From contig NZ_JBHSTI010000008.1 in the NCBI RefSeq assembly GCF_042660085.1, forward strand, positions 1,993,590-2,025,589: DNA of 32,000 nt. Reading direction: 5' to 3'. Below are positions 1-8,191 of this stretch, in pieces. Under the pieces are notes generated by a model. That model worked only from the letters and a program-made list of their open reading frames with translations, was not told the origin of the DNA and did no database searches. Each line of letters starts with the position of its first letter. Within the stretch, counting starts at the first letter, position 1. The translations under genes were made by a program, and so were the position numbers. This stretch comes from Longivirga aurantiaca (GTDB taxonomy: Bacteria > Actinomycetota > Actinomycetes > S36-B12 > CAIYMF01).

Positions 1-1
1 C

Positions 2-214
2 TCCCCCGGCGACCTCCTGCTGCTGCACACGGACGGCGTCACCGAGGCGAGGCGTCACGGCGTCGAGTTCGGCGAGTCCCGGCTGCTCAAGCTGCTCTCG
101 GCCATGACCGACCCCCGGCCCGACGACACCGTCGAGCACGTGCTCGGGTCGGTGGACTGGTACCGCACCACCGCGCCCGATGACATGGCCGTTCTCGTGG
201 TCCGCGCGACCTAG
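2..214 (+). CDS. C-terminal end of PP2C/SpoIIE-like serine phosphatase (5' truncated by window)
   Basis: Open frame from window edge: SPGDLLLLHTDGVTEARRHG...TTAPDDMAVLVVRAT*, with LLLHTDGVTEAR and DDMAVLV motifs typical of SpoIIE/RsbU-type phosphatases. Confidence 0.85.
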   Translation, partial: SPGDLLLLHTDGVTEARRHGVEFGESRLLKLLSAMTDPRPDDTVEHVLGSVDWYRTTAPDDMAVLVVRAT

Positions 215-221
215 CCCGGCG

Positions 222-1109
222 TCAGCTCCCGCCCTCCGCGAGCGCCGTGGCCTCCGCGAGCGTGCGCTGCACCAGTCCGCCCGCCTCGACCTCCGTCCAG
301 CTGACCGGCGTCGCCGCCGTCGGCCGCTCCCTCCCCCGCAGCGACCACGGGACGATCGTCGTCTTGGCCGGGTTGTTCTGGCTCCAGTCGACGAGCACCT
401 TGCCGGGCCGCAGGTCGCGTGCCTGCCGGGTGACCACGAGGGCGGGCAGCGCCGCCTCGAGCCGCGCGGCGAGCGCGTGGGCGTAGTCGCTCTCCGAGCC
501 GGCGTCGTGCACCGCTTCCGCGCCGTCACCGAGATCGGCGTACAGCTGCATGCCCTTCGAGCCGCTGGTGACTGCGCGGGCGACGAGGCCGTCCGCGACC
601 AGCAGACCGCGGGTCGCCAGCGCCACCTCGGCGCACGCGTCGAGCCCGGCCGGCGCCCCGGGGTCGAGGTCGACGACCAGCCGGTCGGGCGCCAGCGGCT
701 CGCCCGTCGCGCGGTCGACGCGCCACTGCGGCGCGTGCAGCTCCAAGGCGCCCGACTGCGCGAGCCACACGAGCACCGCCTCGTCGTCGACGAGCGGGTA
801 GTCGAGGTCGCGCCCCTCGTGGCCGGACCGCTGACCCGTGTGGTGCTGCGTCATGCGCGGCACCCAGTCGGGCGCGCCGCGCGGGAGGTTCTTCTCGATG
901 AACGGCTTCTGCTCCACGCCGTCCGGCCAGCGCTTGCGCGTGACCGGCCGGTCGCGCATCTCGGGCAGGATCGACGGAGCGACGGCGAGGTAGTACTGCA
1001 GCACGTCCGCCTTGGTGGTCGCGGTTGCCGGGTACAGCACCTTGTCGAGGTTGGTGACCCGCACCTCCCGCCCGGCGACCGACAGCCACCCACCCTCGGC
1101 GCCGCTCAC
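222..1109 (-). CDS. Stand-alone LigD-type non-homologous end-joining polymerase/primase domain protein
   Basis: 295 aa; VTNLDKVLYP, RKRWPDGV..KPFIEKNLP, HTGQRSGHEGRDLDYPLVDDEAVLVWLAQSGALELHAPQW, RLVVDLDPG and GSKGMQLYADL motifs of the LigD polymerase family. GTG start. Confidence 0.93.
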   Translation of the reverse strand: MSGAEGGWLSVAGREVRVTNLDKVLYPATATTKADVLQYYLAVAPSILPEMRDRPVTRKRWPDGVEQKPFIEKNLPRGAPDWVPRMTQHHTGQRSGHEGRDLDYPLVDDEAVLVWLAQSGALELHAPQWRVDRATGEPLAPDRLVVDLDPGAPAGLDACAEVALATRGLLVADGLVARAVTSGSKGMQLYADLGDGAEAVHDAGSESDYAHALAARLEAALPALVVTRQARDLRPGKVLVDWSQNNPAKTTIVPWSLRGRERPTAATPVSWTEVEAGGLVQRTLAEATALAEGGS

Positions 1110-1219
1110 ACGAGGACCTCGTCCGCAGTCTTCGACAGGCGCCGTTGCGCGCTGGTTTGGCTCCCGGTCATGGCGGGCATCCTCTCCGATGGTGTACGTC
1201 CCGACGGAGGAGAACGACG

Positions 1220-2209
1220 ATGCAGTCGATGTGGAAGGGGTCCGTCTCGTTCGGGCTCGTCAACGTGCCGGTCAAGCTGTACGCCGCCACCGAGGACCAC
1301 GACGTGCGTTTCCACCAGGTCCACGCCGCCGACGGCGGCCGCGTGAAGATGGTGCGCACCTGCTCGGTCGACGGGCAACCCGTCGCCTACGCCGATCTCG
1401 CGAAGGCGTACGAGACCAGCAGCGGTGAGCTCGTGGTGATGGAGGAGCGCGACTTCGACGCCCTGCCGGTGCCGGGCAAGCGCGAGATCGACGTGCTCGA
1501 GTTCGTACCCTCGGACCAGGTCGACCCGGTGCTGTTCGACCGCAGCTACTACCTCGAGCCCGAGGCCCGGGCCCTCAAGCCATACGTCCTCCTGCGCGAG
1601 GCGCTGCGCACCACCGAGCGCACCGCCCTCGTGCGCGTGGTGCTGCGCCAGAAGGCCCAGCTCGCGGCGCTCCGCGTGCGCGACGACGTGATCCTCATGC
1701 AGACGATGCTGTGGCCGGACGAGGTGCGGCGTGCGACGTTCGATGTCCTGCACACCGACGCCGAGGTGCGCCCGCAGGAGCTCGCCATGGCGTCCTCGCT
1801 GATCGACAGCCTGTCGAGCGACTTCGACCCCGACGAGTACCACGATGACTACCGCGAGGCCCTCCTCGAGGTGATCGACCGCAAGGTCGCGGGCGGCGCC
1901 GGAGTGCCGGCCGACACCGCAACCGTCCCCGAGGACGAGGGCGACGCCATAGTGGTCGACCTCATGGCCGCGCTGCGCGAGTCGGTGAAGAGGACGAGCG
2001 CAGGCGAGGACGCCCGGGCCCAGAATCGTCCGGCGGGCCCTGCGACGAGGGCCGCCCCGAAGAAGGCCGCTGCCAAGAAGGCGGCGGCGAAGAAGGCTGT
2101 CGGCACGAAGTCTGCCGCGAGCAAGCCGACGCCGCGGAAGGCCGCTGGTCCCACCAAGGCGGCGGCGAAGAAGGCCGCTTCGAAGCCCGCGCGGAGGCGC
2201 AGCGCCTGA
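1220..2209 (+). CDS. ku: Ku homodimer protein (NHEJ) with Lys/Ala-rich C-terminal tail
   Basis: MQSMWKGSVSFGLVNVPVKLYAATEDHDVRFHQVH is the canonical Ku N-terminus; tail APKKAAAKKAAAKKAV...RKAAGPTKAAAKKAASKPARRRSA. GGAGGAG-like RBS upstream. Confidence 0.96.
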   Translation: MQSMWKGSVSFGLVNVPVKLYAATEDHDVRFHQVHAADGGRVKMVRTCSVDGQPVAYADLAKAYETSSGELVVMEERDFDALPVPGKREIDVLEFVPSDQVDPVLFDRSYYLEPEARALKPYVLLREALRTTERTALVRVVLRQKAQLAALRVRDDVILMQTMLWPDEVRRATFDVLHTDAEVRPQELAMASSLIDSLSSDFDPDEYHDDYREALLEVIDRKVAGGAGVPADTATVPEDEGDAIVVDLMAALRESVKRTSAGEDARAQNRPAGPATRAAPKKAAAKKAAAKKAVGTKSAASKPTPRKAAGPTKAAAKKAASKPARRRSA

Positions 2210-2267
2210 CGGGCGGGGCAGTGCGGGACAGCGGCGCATCGGTGTGCTGGCCTCCCCCGGGGCGAGT

Positions 2268-2303
2268 GGTGCCCGGGACGGGAGGGGTCTCGTCCCGGGC
2301 ACC
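2268..2303. terminator. GC-rich hairpin between convergent ku and hemerythrin gene (candidate bidirectional terminator)
   Basis: Perfect 13-nt arms ggtgcccgggacg / cgtcccgggcacc around a 10-nt loop; no obvious U-tract. Confidence 0.55.
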
Positions 2304-2355
2304 TCCGAACTACCCGGCGGCCCAAGCGGCAAACCTGGGACGTCGGGGAGCGTGG

Positions 2356-2772
2356 TCAGCGCGCGGCCTCGGGGCTGCCGCTCATCCGCTGCCCCAGCTC
2401 CTGCAGGTCCTTGCGCCCGAACGCCTCGCGCACCGCGGGGAAGAGCTCGCTCTCCTCCTCCTCGATGTGGTGCTTCACGTTCTCGATGAGCACCGTGGCC
2501 TTGGCCCGGTAGGTCTCCGCGCCGGGGTCCATCGCCCGCAGCTCGCCGATGAGCATGTGCACCACGTGGTGCTCCTCGATCGACTCCAGCACGAGGTCGC
2601 GGCCGGGGATGACGTCCTTGACCTCGGGGTAGAAGTAGGTCTCCTCGATCGCAGCGTGGCGGTCGAGCTCGTCGCAGATCGTGGGCACGACCGACGTCTC
2701 GCCCTTGTCGAACCGGGTGAAGAGCTTCTTCACGGCTGCGTGGTCCTCGCGCAGCATGACGATGGCGTCCAT
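2356..2772 (-). CDS. Hemerythrin HHE cation-binding domain protein
   Basis: MDAIVMLREDHAAVKKLFTRF...DELDRHAAIEETYFYPEV...HHVVHMLIGEL...HHIEEEESELFPAVR: H/E ligand spacing of hemerythrin domain. Confidence 0.9.
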   Translation of the reverse strand: MDAIVMLREDHAAVKKLFTRFDKGETSVVPTICDELDRHAAIEETYFYPEVKDVIPGRDLVLESIEEHHVVHMLIGELRAMDPGAETYRAKATVLIENVKHHIEEEESELFPAVREAFGRKDLQELGQRMSGSPEAAR

Positions 2773-2853
2773 GGTGGTCTCCTGTCGTGGCGGTGCGGGT
2801 TCGCACCGGTCCCGACTACCCCCGCGGCGCACGGCGAAACGCGCAGGGACCGG

Positions 2854-4965
2854 TCACGGCAGCTGGTGCGCCACGAAGGGGGTGACGCTGCGCGCCCCGG
2901 CCTCGCGGAGCAGAGCCCCGGCGAGCGTGGCGGTCCAGCCCGTGCGCCAGGTCTCGTCGACGAGCAGCATCGGGCCCTCAGGCACCTCGGCGCCCGGGGC
3001 GAGCGAGATGCGTGCTGCCTGCGCGCACGCGCGCCCGGCGGGCGAGAGGTCGGAGCCGGGCGGAGGCCCGTCCAGCACGATCGCGTCGAGGAGGGGGATG
3101 CCCACCCCGTGCGCGATGGTCACGGCGATCGAGTGCACGAGGCGCGGATGCCGCGAGCTCGGCACCGGCGCAACCGCCTCGAGCCGCTGCGGCAGCGACG
3201 GGAGCCAGCGGCCGAACGACCGCTCCAGTGCGGCGAGCAGCCAGTCAGGCGCCGGAGCATCGGGGGCCAGGGGCCCGGTGACCGTGGCCATCCGGTCCCA
3301 CGCCGGGTCGTCGGCGAAGGCGAGCGCGCGACCGGGCGAGAGGGCGAGCGACGGCGCGATCCGTCCGCGCCATGCGGGCCGTCCGCTCGCGGCGTCGATG
3401 CCGGAGGTGAACATCTTGCGCGGCTCGAGCGGCACGACGAGGTCGCGCAGCCAGGCGCGCGCCGCCTCGCGAGCCTCGGGGTCGGTGGTGGTCGGGAGCC
3501 CGGCCGGGAGCGTGCCCGTGCACACCGAGCAGCGGCCGCACCGTTCTCCCTGCTCGGTCGGGTCGTCGAGCGAGCGCCGCAGCAGCACCTCGAGGCAGTC
3601 CCCGCCGACGACGTACTCGCGCATGATGTCCGACTCGCGCCGGCGCACCGCGACGAGCGCGTCGTACTTCTCGTGGTCGTAGGTCCAGTCCTGGCCGGTC
3701 GCGGCCCACGACGTGCCCTCGCGCGACACCGCGCCGTCGACCGCGAGGACCTTCACGAGCAGCTCCACGCGGGTGCGGCGTACGCCGGTCGCGGCCTCGA
3801 GGGCGGGCACGCTCAACGCGCCCTGGTAGCGCAGGGCTGCGAGCACGGCGGCCGCCTCGTCGGGCCTCGGCACGCTGGCGGTGGCGAACCACTCCCACAG
3901 CCGCTCGTCCGAGTCGCCGGGCAGCAGCACCACGCTCGCCTCGGGCAGCGCGCGGCCGGCGCGGCCGACCTGCTGGTAGTAGTCGACGGGCGACGACGGC
4001 GAGCCCACGTGGATGCAGAACGCGAGGTCGGGCTTGTCGTAGCCCATGCCGAGGGCGGAGGTGGCGACGACGGCCTTCAGCTCGTTGACCTTGAGCGCAG
4101 CCTCGATCCGCGCGCGGTCCGCGGTCTCGGTCTTCCCGGAGTATGCCGCCACCGCGTGACCGCGCTCGGCGAGGAACCCGGCGAGGCGGTCGGCGTCCGC
4201 CACCGTGAGGCAGTAGACGATGCCCGACCCCGGCAGCTGCCGCAGCGCCTGGTCGGTCCACGCATAACGGTCGAACGACGACAGCCCGGCGAGCACGCCG
4301 AGGTGCAGCGACTCGCGCGCGAGCCGGCCGCGCTGGACGAACGTGTTGGCGCCGAGCTGGTCGGCGACGTCGGCCGTCACCCGCGAGTTGGCGGTGGCGG
4401 TCGTGGCCAGCACGGGGAGGTCCGGGTTGGCCAGCAGCAGACCGGCGATGCGCTGGTAGTCGGGGCGGAAGTCGTGGCCCCACGACGAGATGCAGTGGGC
4501 CTCGTCGATCACGAGGAGGCCGAGCTGCGGCAGCAGCACGTCGAGCACGGTCGCGGAGAAGCGCGGGTTGGCGAGGCGCTCGGGCGACACGAGCAGGACG
4601 TCGACCTGCCCCGCCATCAGTGCGCGCTCGACGTCGGGCCAGTCGTCGAGGTTGGAGGAGTTGAGCGTGGCCGCGGTGAGCCCTGCGCGCTGAGCGGCGA
4701 CGACCTGGTCGCCGATAAGCGAGAGCAGCGGCGACACCACGAGCACCGGGCCTCCCCCGGCGTCGCGGACGGCGCGCGCGGCGATCCAGTAGACGGCCGA
4801 CTTGCCCCATCCGGTGGCCTGGACGACGAGCGCGCGACGCCGCTCGAGCACGAGCGCCGACACCGCCGCGCGCTGGTCGTCGCGCACGATCGCGTCGGGC
4901 CCTGCGAGCGCGGTGATGACGCGCGCAGCCGCCGCGTCGAGCGCTGCCGCGGTCACGGCGGTCAC
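2854..4965 (-). CDS. RecQ-family ATP-dependent DNA helicase with C-terminal phosphoribosyltransferase-like segment
   Basis: VTAVTAAALDAAAARV start (GTG). Motif I QATGWGKSAVYW, DEAH box, TATAN, QQVGRAGRA (motif VI), Zn site GGDCLEVLLRRS...ERCGRCSVC; C-terminus PMLLVDETWRTGWTATLAGALLREAGARSVTPFVAHQLP resembles a PRTase loop. Confidence 0.92.
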   Translation of the reverse strand: MTAVTAAALDAAAARVITALAGPDAIVRDDQRAAVSALVLERRRALVVQATGWGKSAVYWIAARAVRDAGGGPVLVVSPLLSLIGDQVVAAQRAGLTAATLNSSNLDDWPDVERALMAGQVDVLLVSPERLANPRFSATVLDVLLPQLGLLVIDEAHCISSWGHDFRPDYQRIAGLLLANPDLPVLATTATANSRVTADVADQLGANTFVQRGRLARESLHLGVLAGLSSFDRYAWTDQALRQLPGSGIVYCLTVADADRLAGFLAERGHAVAAYSGKTETADRARIEAALKVNELKAVVATSALGMGYDKPDLAFCIHVGSPSSPVDYYQQVGRAGRALPEASVVLLPGDSDERLWEWFATASVPRPDEAAAVLAALRYQGALSVPALEAATGVRRTRVELLVKVLAVDGAVSREGTSWAATGQDWTYDHEKYDALVAVRRRESDIMREYVVGGDCLEVLLRRSLDDPTEQGERCGRCSVCTGTLPAGLPTTTDPEAREAARAWLRDLVVPLEPRKMFTSGIDAASGRPAWRGRIAPSLALSPGRALAFADDPAWDRMATVTGPLAPDAPAPDWLLAALERSFGRWLPSLPQRLEAVAPVPSSRHPRLVHSIAVTIAHGVGIPLLDAIVLDGPPPGSDLSPAGRACAQAARISLAPGAEVPEGPMLLVDETWRTGWTATLAGALLREAGARSVTPFVAHQLP

Positions 4966-5774
4966 GCGGGCACCGCGTCGAGGGAGTCGACGAGGGCGGC
5001 CAGGGCGGCACCGAGCCGGGCGACCTCGGCGGCCACCGGCTCGCCATCGCCGTCGAGGTACTGGTCGCGGCGGATCTCGACCATGAGCGACGACACCCGC
5101 CGGTCCTTCCCGTAGTGGCGCAGCGGCACGTACGTGCCGGCGAAGGGCTGGTCGACGGCGGTCTCCCACTCGCGGAACGCTTCGGCCGCGCGGTCACGAA
5201 GCCAGCCCGGGGTGTGCCGCTCGTCGAAGCCGAGGCACACGGCCGGGCGCGCGGCCTCGGGGTGGCGCTCGTAGGGCAGGACGTCGCGCGGGTAGGAGTG
5301 CACGTCCACCACCAGCGCACGTCCGTGCGCGTCGAGCCGCGCCGACACGAGGTCGGCGAGCGACTCGGCGTACGGCGTGAAGTAGCGCGCGAGGAGGTCT
5401 GCGCGATGGGCCGGGTCGGCGTCGCGCAGCGGCCCGAGCACCGACGTCGCGGTGTAGACCGCCCCCATGCCGATCGCGTCCATCTCCTCCGCGCCGGGCT
5501 CGGTGAACCGCTCGGGGTCGACGACGAGGCGCGAGAGCCGGTTGACGAACGACCACGGCCGGATGCGCGCCGCCGCCGCCGCGTGGGCCGCTACGACATC
5601 GGTGGACGCATCGGTCATCGCGCGCAGCTCGGCGGCGAGCGCGTCGTCGTCGAGCAGGATCCGTGCGCGGACGTCGGACGGGATGACGGTCGAGGCGTGC
5701 GGAACGTGCAGCACCACGGACGACGAGGCGTCACCGGGGACGACGTCGAACGAGGACTGCTGCGCGGAGGCCAT
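4962..5774 (-). CDS. N-formylglutamate amidohydrolase-like protein
   Basis: MASAQQSSFDVVPG...VVLHVPHASTVIP...DASTDVVAAHAAAAARI..FVNRLSRLVVDPERF...ALVVDVHSYPRDVLPYERHPEAARPAVCLGFDERHTP: HVPHAS, RLxxDxERF and DxHS/Y motifs of FGase family. GTGA overlap with downstream recQ-like gene. Confidence 0.82.
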   Translation of the reverse strand: MASAQQSSFDVVPGDASSSVVLHVPHASTVIPSDVRARILLDDDALAAELRAMTDASTDVVAAHAAAAARIRPWSFVNRLSRLVVDPERFTEPGAEEMDAIGMGAVYTATSVLGPLRDADPAHRADLLARYFTPYAESLADLVSARLDAHGRALVVDVHSYPRDVLPYERHPEAARPAVCLGFDERHTPGWLRDRAAEAFREWETAVDQPFAGTYVPLRHYGKDRRVSSLMVEIRRDQYLDGDGEPVAAEVARLGAALAALVDSLDAVPA

Positions 5775-5870
5775 GGGAGCGACCGTAGGCGACGGGTGCG
5801 ACGGCAGTGGGGCGGGGCGGCGCGCGCGGTCCGCGGCGGTGGGCCGCACGGACGCACGCCCGGACCTAGC

Positions 5871-6374
5871 ATGACCACGATGTTTGGCCCGCCTCCGAGG
5901 GGGTACTGGCATCTCGTGAGGTGCGCTCGGACCAGCCGAAGGACTGTTGTGACGCAGAGGCGGAAGCCCGCCGCCACCGGTCGTGGTGGGGGCGCGGTGA
6001 CGCTCGTCCTCGACGAGGACGGGCGCGCGGTGTGGCGATCGACTCTGCGCAGCGCGCTCACGGAGGCCGCGTCGCCTGGCACGGTGGAAGACGCGATCAT
6101 CGTGGCGGGAGAGCTCGTGGCGAACGCGCTCGAGCACGGTCTCCCGCCGGCCACCCTCGAGGTGGTCGTCGAGCCTGCGGGCTCGGTGCTGGTGTCGGTG
6201 CTCGACCATGGCTCGGTCGTTCCGCTGTCACCGATGCCGATCTCGCTCGAGGCGGTGCGGGGGCGCGGGCTCCTGATCGTGGACTCCCTCACGACCGAGT
6301 GGGGCGTTCTCGAGAGCGCGAAGGGAAAGGCCGTCTGGGCACGGGTGGCCAGGGACGGCGAGGCAGGACCGTGA
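5871..6374 (+). CDS. HATPase_c_2 anti-sigma factor kinase (RsbW/SpoIIAB-like); start uncertain (5871, 5880, 5949 or 5997)
   Basis: N box GELVANALEHG and G box GRGLLIVDSLTTEWGV; in-frame alternative starts are present. Confidence 0.82.
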   Translation: MTTMFGPPPRGYWHLVRCARTSRRTVVTQRRKPAATGRGGGAVTLVLDEDGRAVWRSTLRSALTEAASPGTVEDAIIVAGELVANALEHGLPPATLEVVVEPAGSVLVSVLDHGSVVPLSPMPISLEAVRGRGLLIVDSLTTEWGVLESAKGKAVWARVARDGEAGP

Positions 6375-6715
6375 AGACCAACGAGAGGCAGACCCCCATG
6401 TCACCAGCACCCGTCGTGATCACGCTCGCGGGCGAGTACGACATCGCCAATGCACCCGAGCTGCTGGAGATCCTGACCAGCGGCGGACCCGAGGCGCCCG
6501 TCGTCGCCGACCTCCGGGACGTGACGTTCCTCGACTCCGCGGCGCTGTCGCAGCTCGTGCGCGCGAACTCCCAGCTCTCGGAGGCTGGCGGCTCGCTCAC
6601 GCTGGTGCTGCCGACCTCGGGGCCGGTCGCCAGGGTCATGTCGATCACGCAGCTGGACTCTGCCCTGACCACGACGGGCTCGGTCGAGCAGGCGCTCGCC
6701 GATCTCGGCGGCTGA
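6371..6715 (+). CDS. STAS-domain anti-sigma factor antagonist
   Basis: VVITLAGEYDIANAPELLEIL...PVVADLRDVTFLDSAALSQLVRA: phospho-acceptor DSAA motif. Possible GTG start at 6371 overlapping upstream stop (GTGA), or ATG at 6398. Confidence 0.88.
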   Translation: MKTNERQTPMSPAPVVITLAGEYDIANAPELLEILTSGGPEAPVVADLRDVTFLDSAALSQLVRANSQLSEAGGSLTLVLPTSGPVARVMSITQLDSALTTTGSVEQALADLGG

Positions 6716-6736
6716 GGCGGTCGGCCGGGCTGCCGG

Positions 6737-7597
6737 TCACTCGTCGAGCAGGCCTTCGCGCAGCACGGCGAGCGACTTGGCCAGCAGCCTCGACACGTGC
6801 ATCTGCGAGATGCCGACCTCCTCGGAGATCTGCGTCTGGGTCATCCCGCGGAAGAACCGCAGCACCAGGATCCTGCGCTCGCGCGCCGGCAGCTGCGCGA
6901 GCAGGGGCCGCAGCGACTCGCGGTACTCGATCGTCTCGATGCCCGGGTCGTCGGCGCCCATGAGGTCGGCCAGCGACCCGGAGTCGTCGGACGAGCCGAC
7001 GTGGGCGTCCAGGCTCGTGTAGCTGTACGCCTGCGCGCCCTCGAGACCCTCGAGCACCTCCTCCTCGCTGATGCCGAGCTGCACCGCGAGCTCCGCCACG
7101 GTGGGCGTGCGTCCTGTTCGCTGTGAGAGCTCAGCCGTCGCCTGACCGAGCGACATGCGCAGCTCCTGCAGGCGCCGCGGCACGCGGATCGCCCACCCCT
7201 TGTCGCGGAAGTGCCGCTTGATCTCGCCGATGACGGTGGGCGTGGCGTACGTCGCCAGCTCGACGCCGCGCTCGAGCTCGAACCGGTCGACCGCCTTGAG
7301 CAGGCCGATCATCCCCACCTGGGTGAGGTCCTCGAGCGGCTCGCCGCGGTCACGGAACCTGCGGGCGAGGTACTGCACCAGCGGGATGTGCAGGGTGACG
7401 AGGTCGTCGCGCGCCCGTTGGTGCTCGGCGGACTCGGCGTCGGTGCTCGCCAGCACCTCGAGCAGCTCGCGCTCGCGCGCCCGGTGGGCGTCGCCCCAGC
7501 CGCGCGGCAGCACGGCGTCGCCCGACGGCTCGTGGGCGGGCGTCACGTCCTCGTCGGTCGGCGGCGGCGCGCCCGCATGCGCCGCGGAATGGTTCAC
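6737..7597 (-). CDS. SigF/SigB-family RNA polymerase sigma factor
   Basis: HIPLVQYLARRFRDRGEPLEDLTQVGMIGLLKAVDRFE..GVELATYATPTVIGEIKRHFRDKGWAIRVPRRLQEL...LPARERRILVLRFFRGMTQTQISEEVGISQMHVSRLLAKSL: regions 2, 3 and 4 of this family. Confidence 0.95.
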   Translation of the reverse strand: MNHSAAHAGAPPPTDEDVTPAHEPSGDAVLPRGWGDAHRARERELLEVLASTDAESAEHQRARDDLVTLHIPLVQYLARRFRDRGEPLEDLTQVGMIGLLKAVDRFELERGVELATYATPTVIGEIKRHFRDKGWAIRVPRRLQELRMSLGQATAELSQRTGRTPTVAELAVQLGISEEEVLEGLEGAQAYSYTSLDAHVGSSDDSGSLADLMGADDPGIETIEYRESLRPLLAQLPARERRILVLRFFRGMTQTQISEEVGISQMHVSRLLAKSLAVLREGLLDE

Positions 7598-8028
7598 GAC
7601 GGGTCGGCCGACGAGGTGCCGGTCGACGTGGTGCCGGTCGACGTGGTGCCGGCGGTGGCGCTCGAGCGCGACGCGCGCAGCGAGATGGTGACGCCGTCCG
7701 GCGTCTCCTCGGCCCACAGGTCGACCACCAGCGCGGCGAGCACGGCCCAGGCGAAGCTGTCCTCGCTCGGCAGCACCGATCCCTCGCACCGGCCCGTGAT
7801 GCTGATGAGGACGGCGGCGTCCTCGACGTCGAGCCGTACGTCGATCACCGAGCCCGGCTCGGCGCTCGCGGCCAGGAGTCCGGCCGCCTCTCCGACGGCC
7901 AGGCGGATGTCCTCGAGCTGCTCGAGGTCGAATCCCACGCGCGAGGCGACCGCGACCGCGGTGGAGCGCACCAGTGACACCCAGCCGGTCTCGGCCGGCA
8001 CGGACAGTCGAACGGCGTTCTGGGTCAT
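7594..8028 (-). CDS. Anti-sigma regulatory factor (RsbW/UsfX-like)
   Basis: LEQLEDIRLAVGEAAGLLAASAEPG...TPDGVTISLRAS; 4-bp GTGA overlap with downstream sigma gene. Short TSTGT repeat at C-terminus. Confidence 0.82.
   Translation of the reverse strand: MTQNAVRLSVPAETGWVSLVRSTAVAVASRVGFDLEQLEDIRLAVGEAAGLLAASAEPGSVIDVRLDVEDAAVLISITGRCEGSVLPSEDSFAWAVLAALVVDLWAEETPDGVTISLRASRSSATAGTTSTGTTSTGTSSADPS
7610..7654. repeat. Three tandem 15-bp units at the 3' end of the anti-sigma gene
   Basis: gacgaggtgccggtc / gacgtggtgccggtc / gacgtggtgccggcg; encodes TSTGT-type repeats on the minus strand. Confidence 0.8.
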
Positions 8029-8191
8029 CCGAGCTGCTCCTCGTCACCGGTGGGCATCGTGCCTGCGACGCTAACGCCGTGGCCGGGTCGCCACCAGCGC
8101 GCGCACGGTGGCGCGGACGGGGCGAGGGCACAGATCACGATGCGTGCTGCCCCCGATCCGGCCATCCCAAACCTCGGGCCTGAACGGATGG

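Noticed and set aside
180-1346. 388-aa plus-strand ORF over the LigD polymerase gene
   Set aside because: Low-quality composition; the opposite strand encodes a clear LigD polymerase.
2268-2303. Hairpin considered as a possible regulatory or mobile element
   Set aside because: Located between convergent stop codons and GC-rich, so a terminator is the simpler explanation.
2221-5115. 964-aa plus-strand ORF opposite the hemerythrin/RecQ genes
   Set aside because: Arg/His/Gly-rich spurious translation typical of high-GC antisense frames; the minus strand carries clear helicase motifs.
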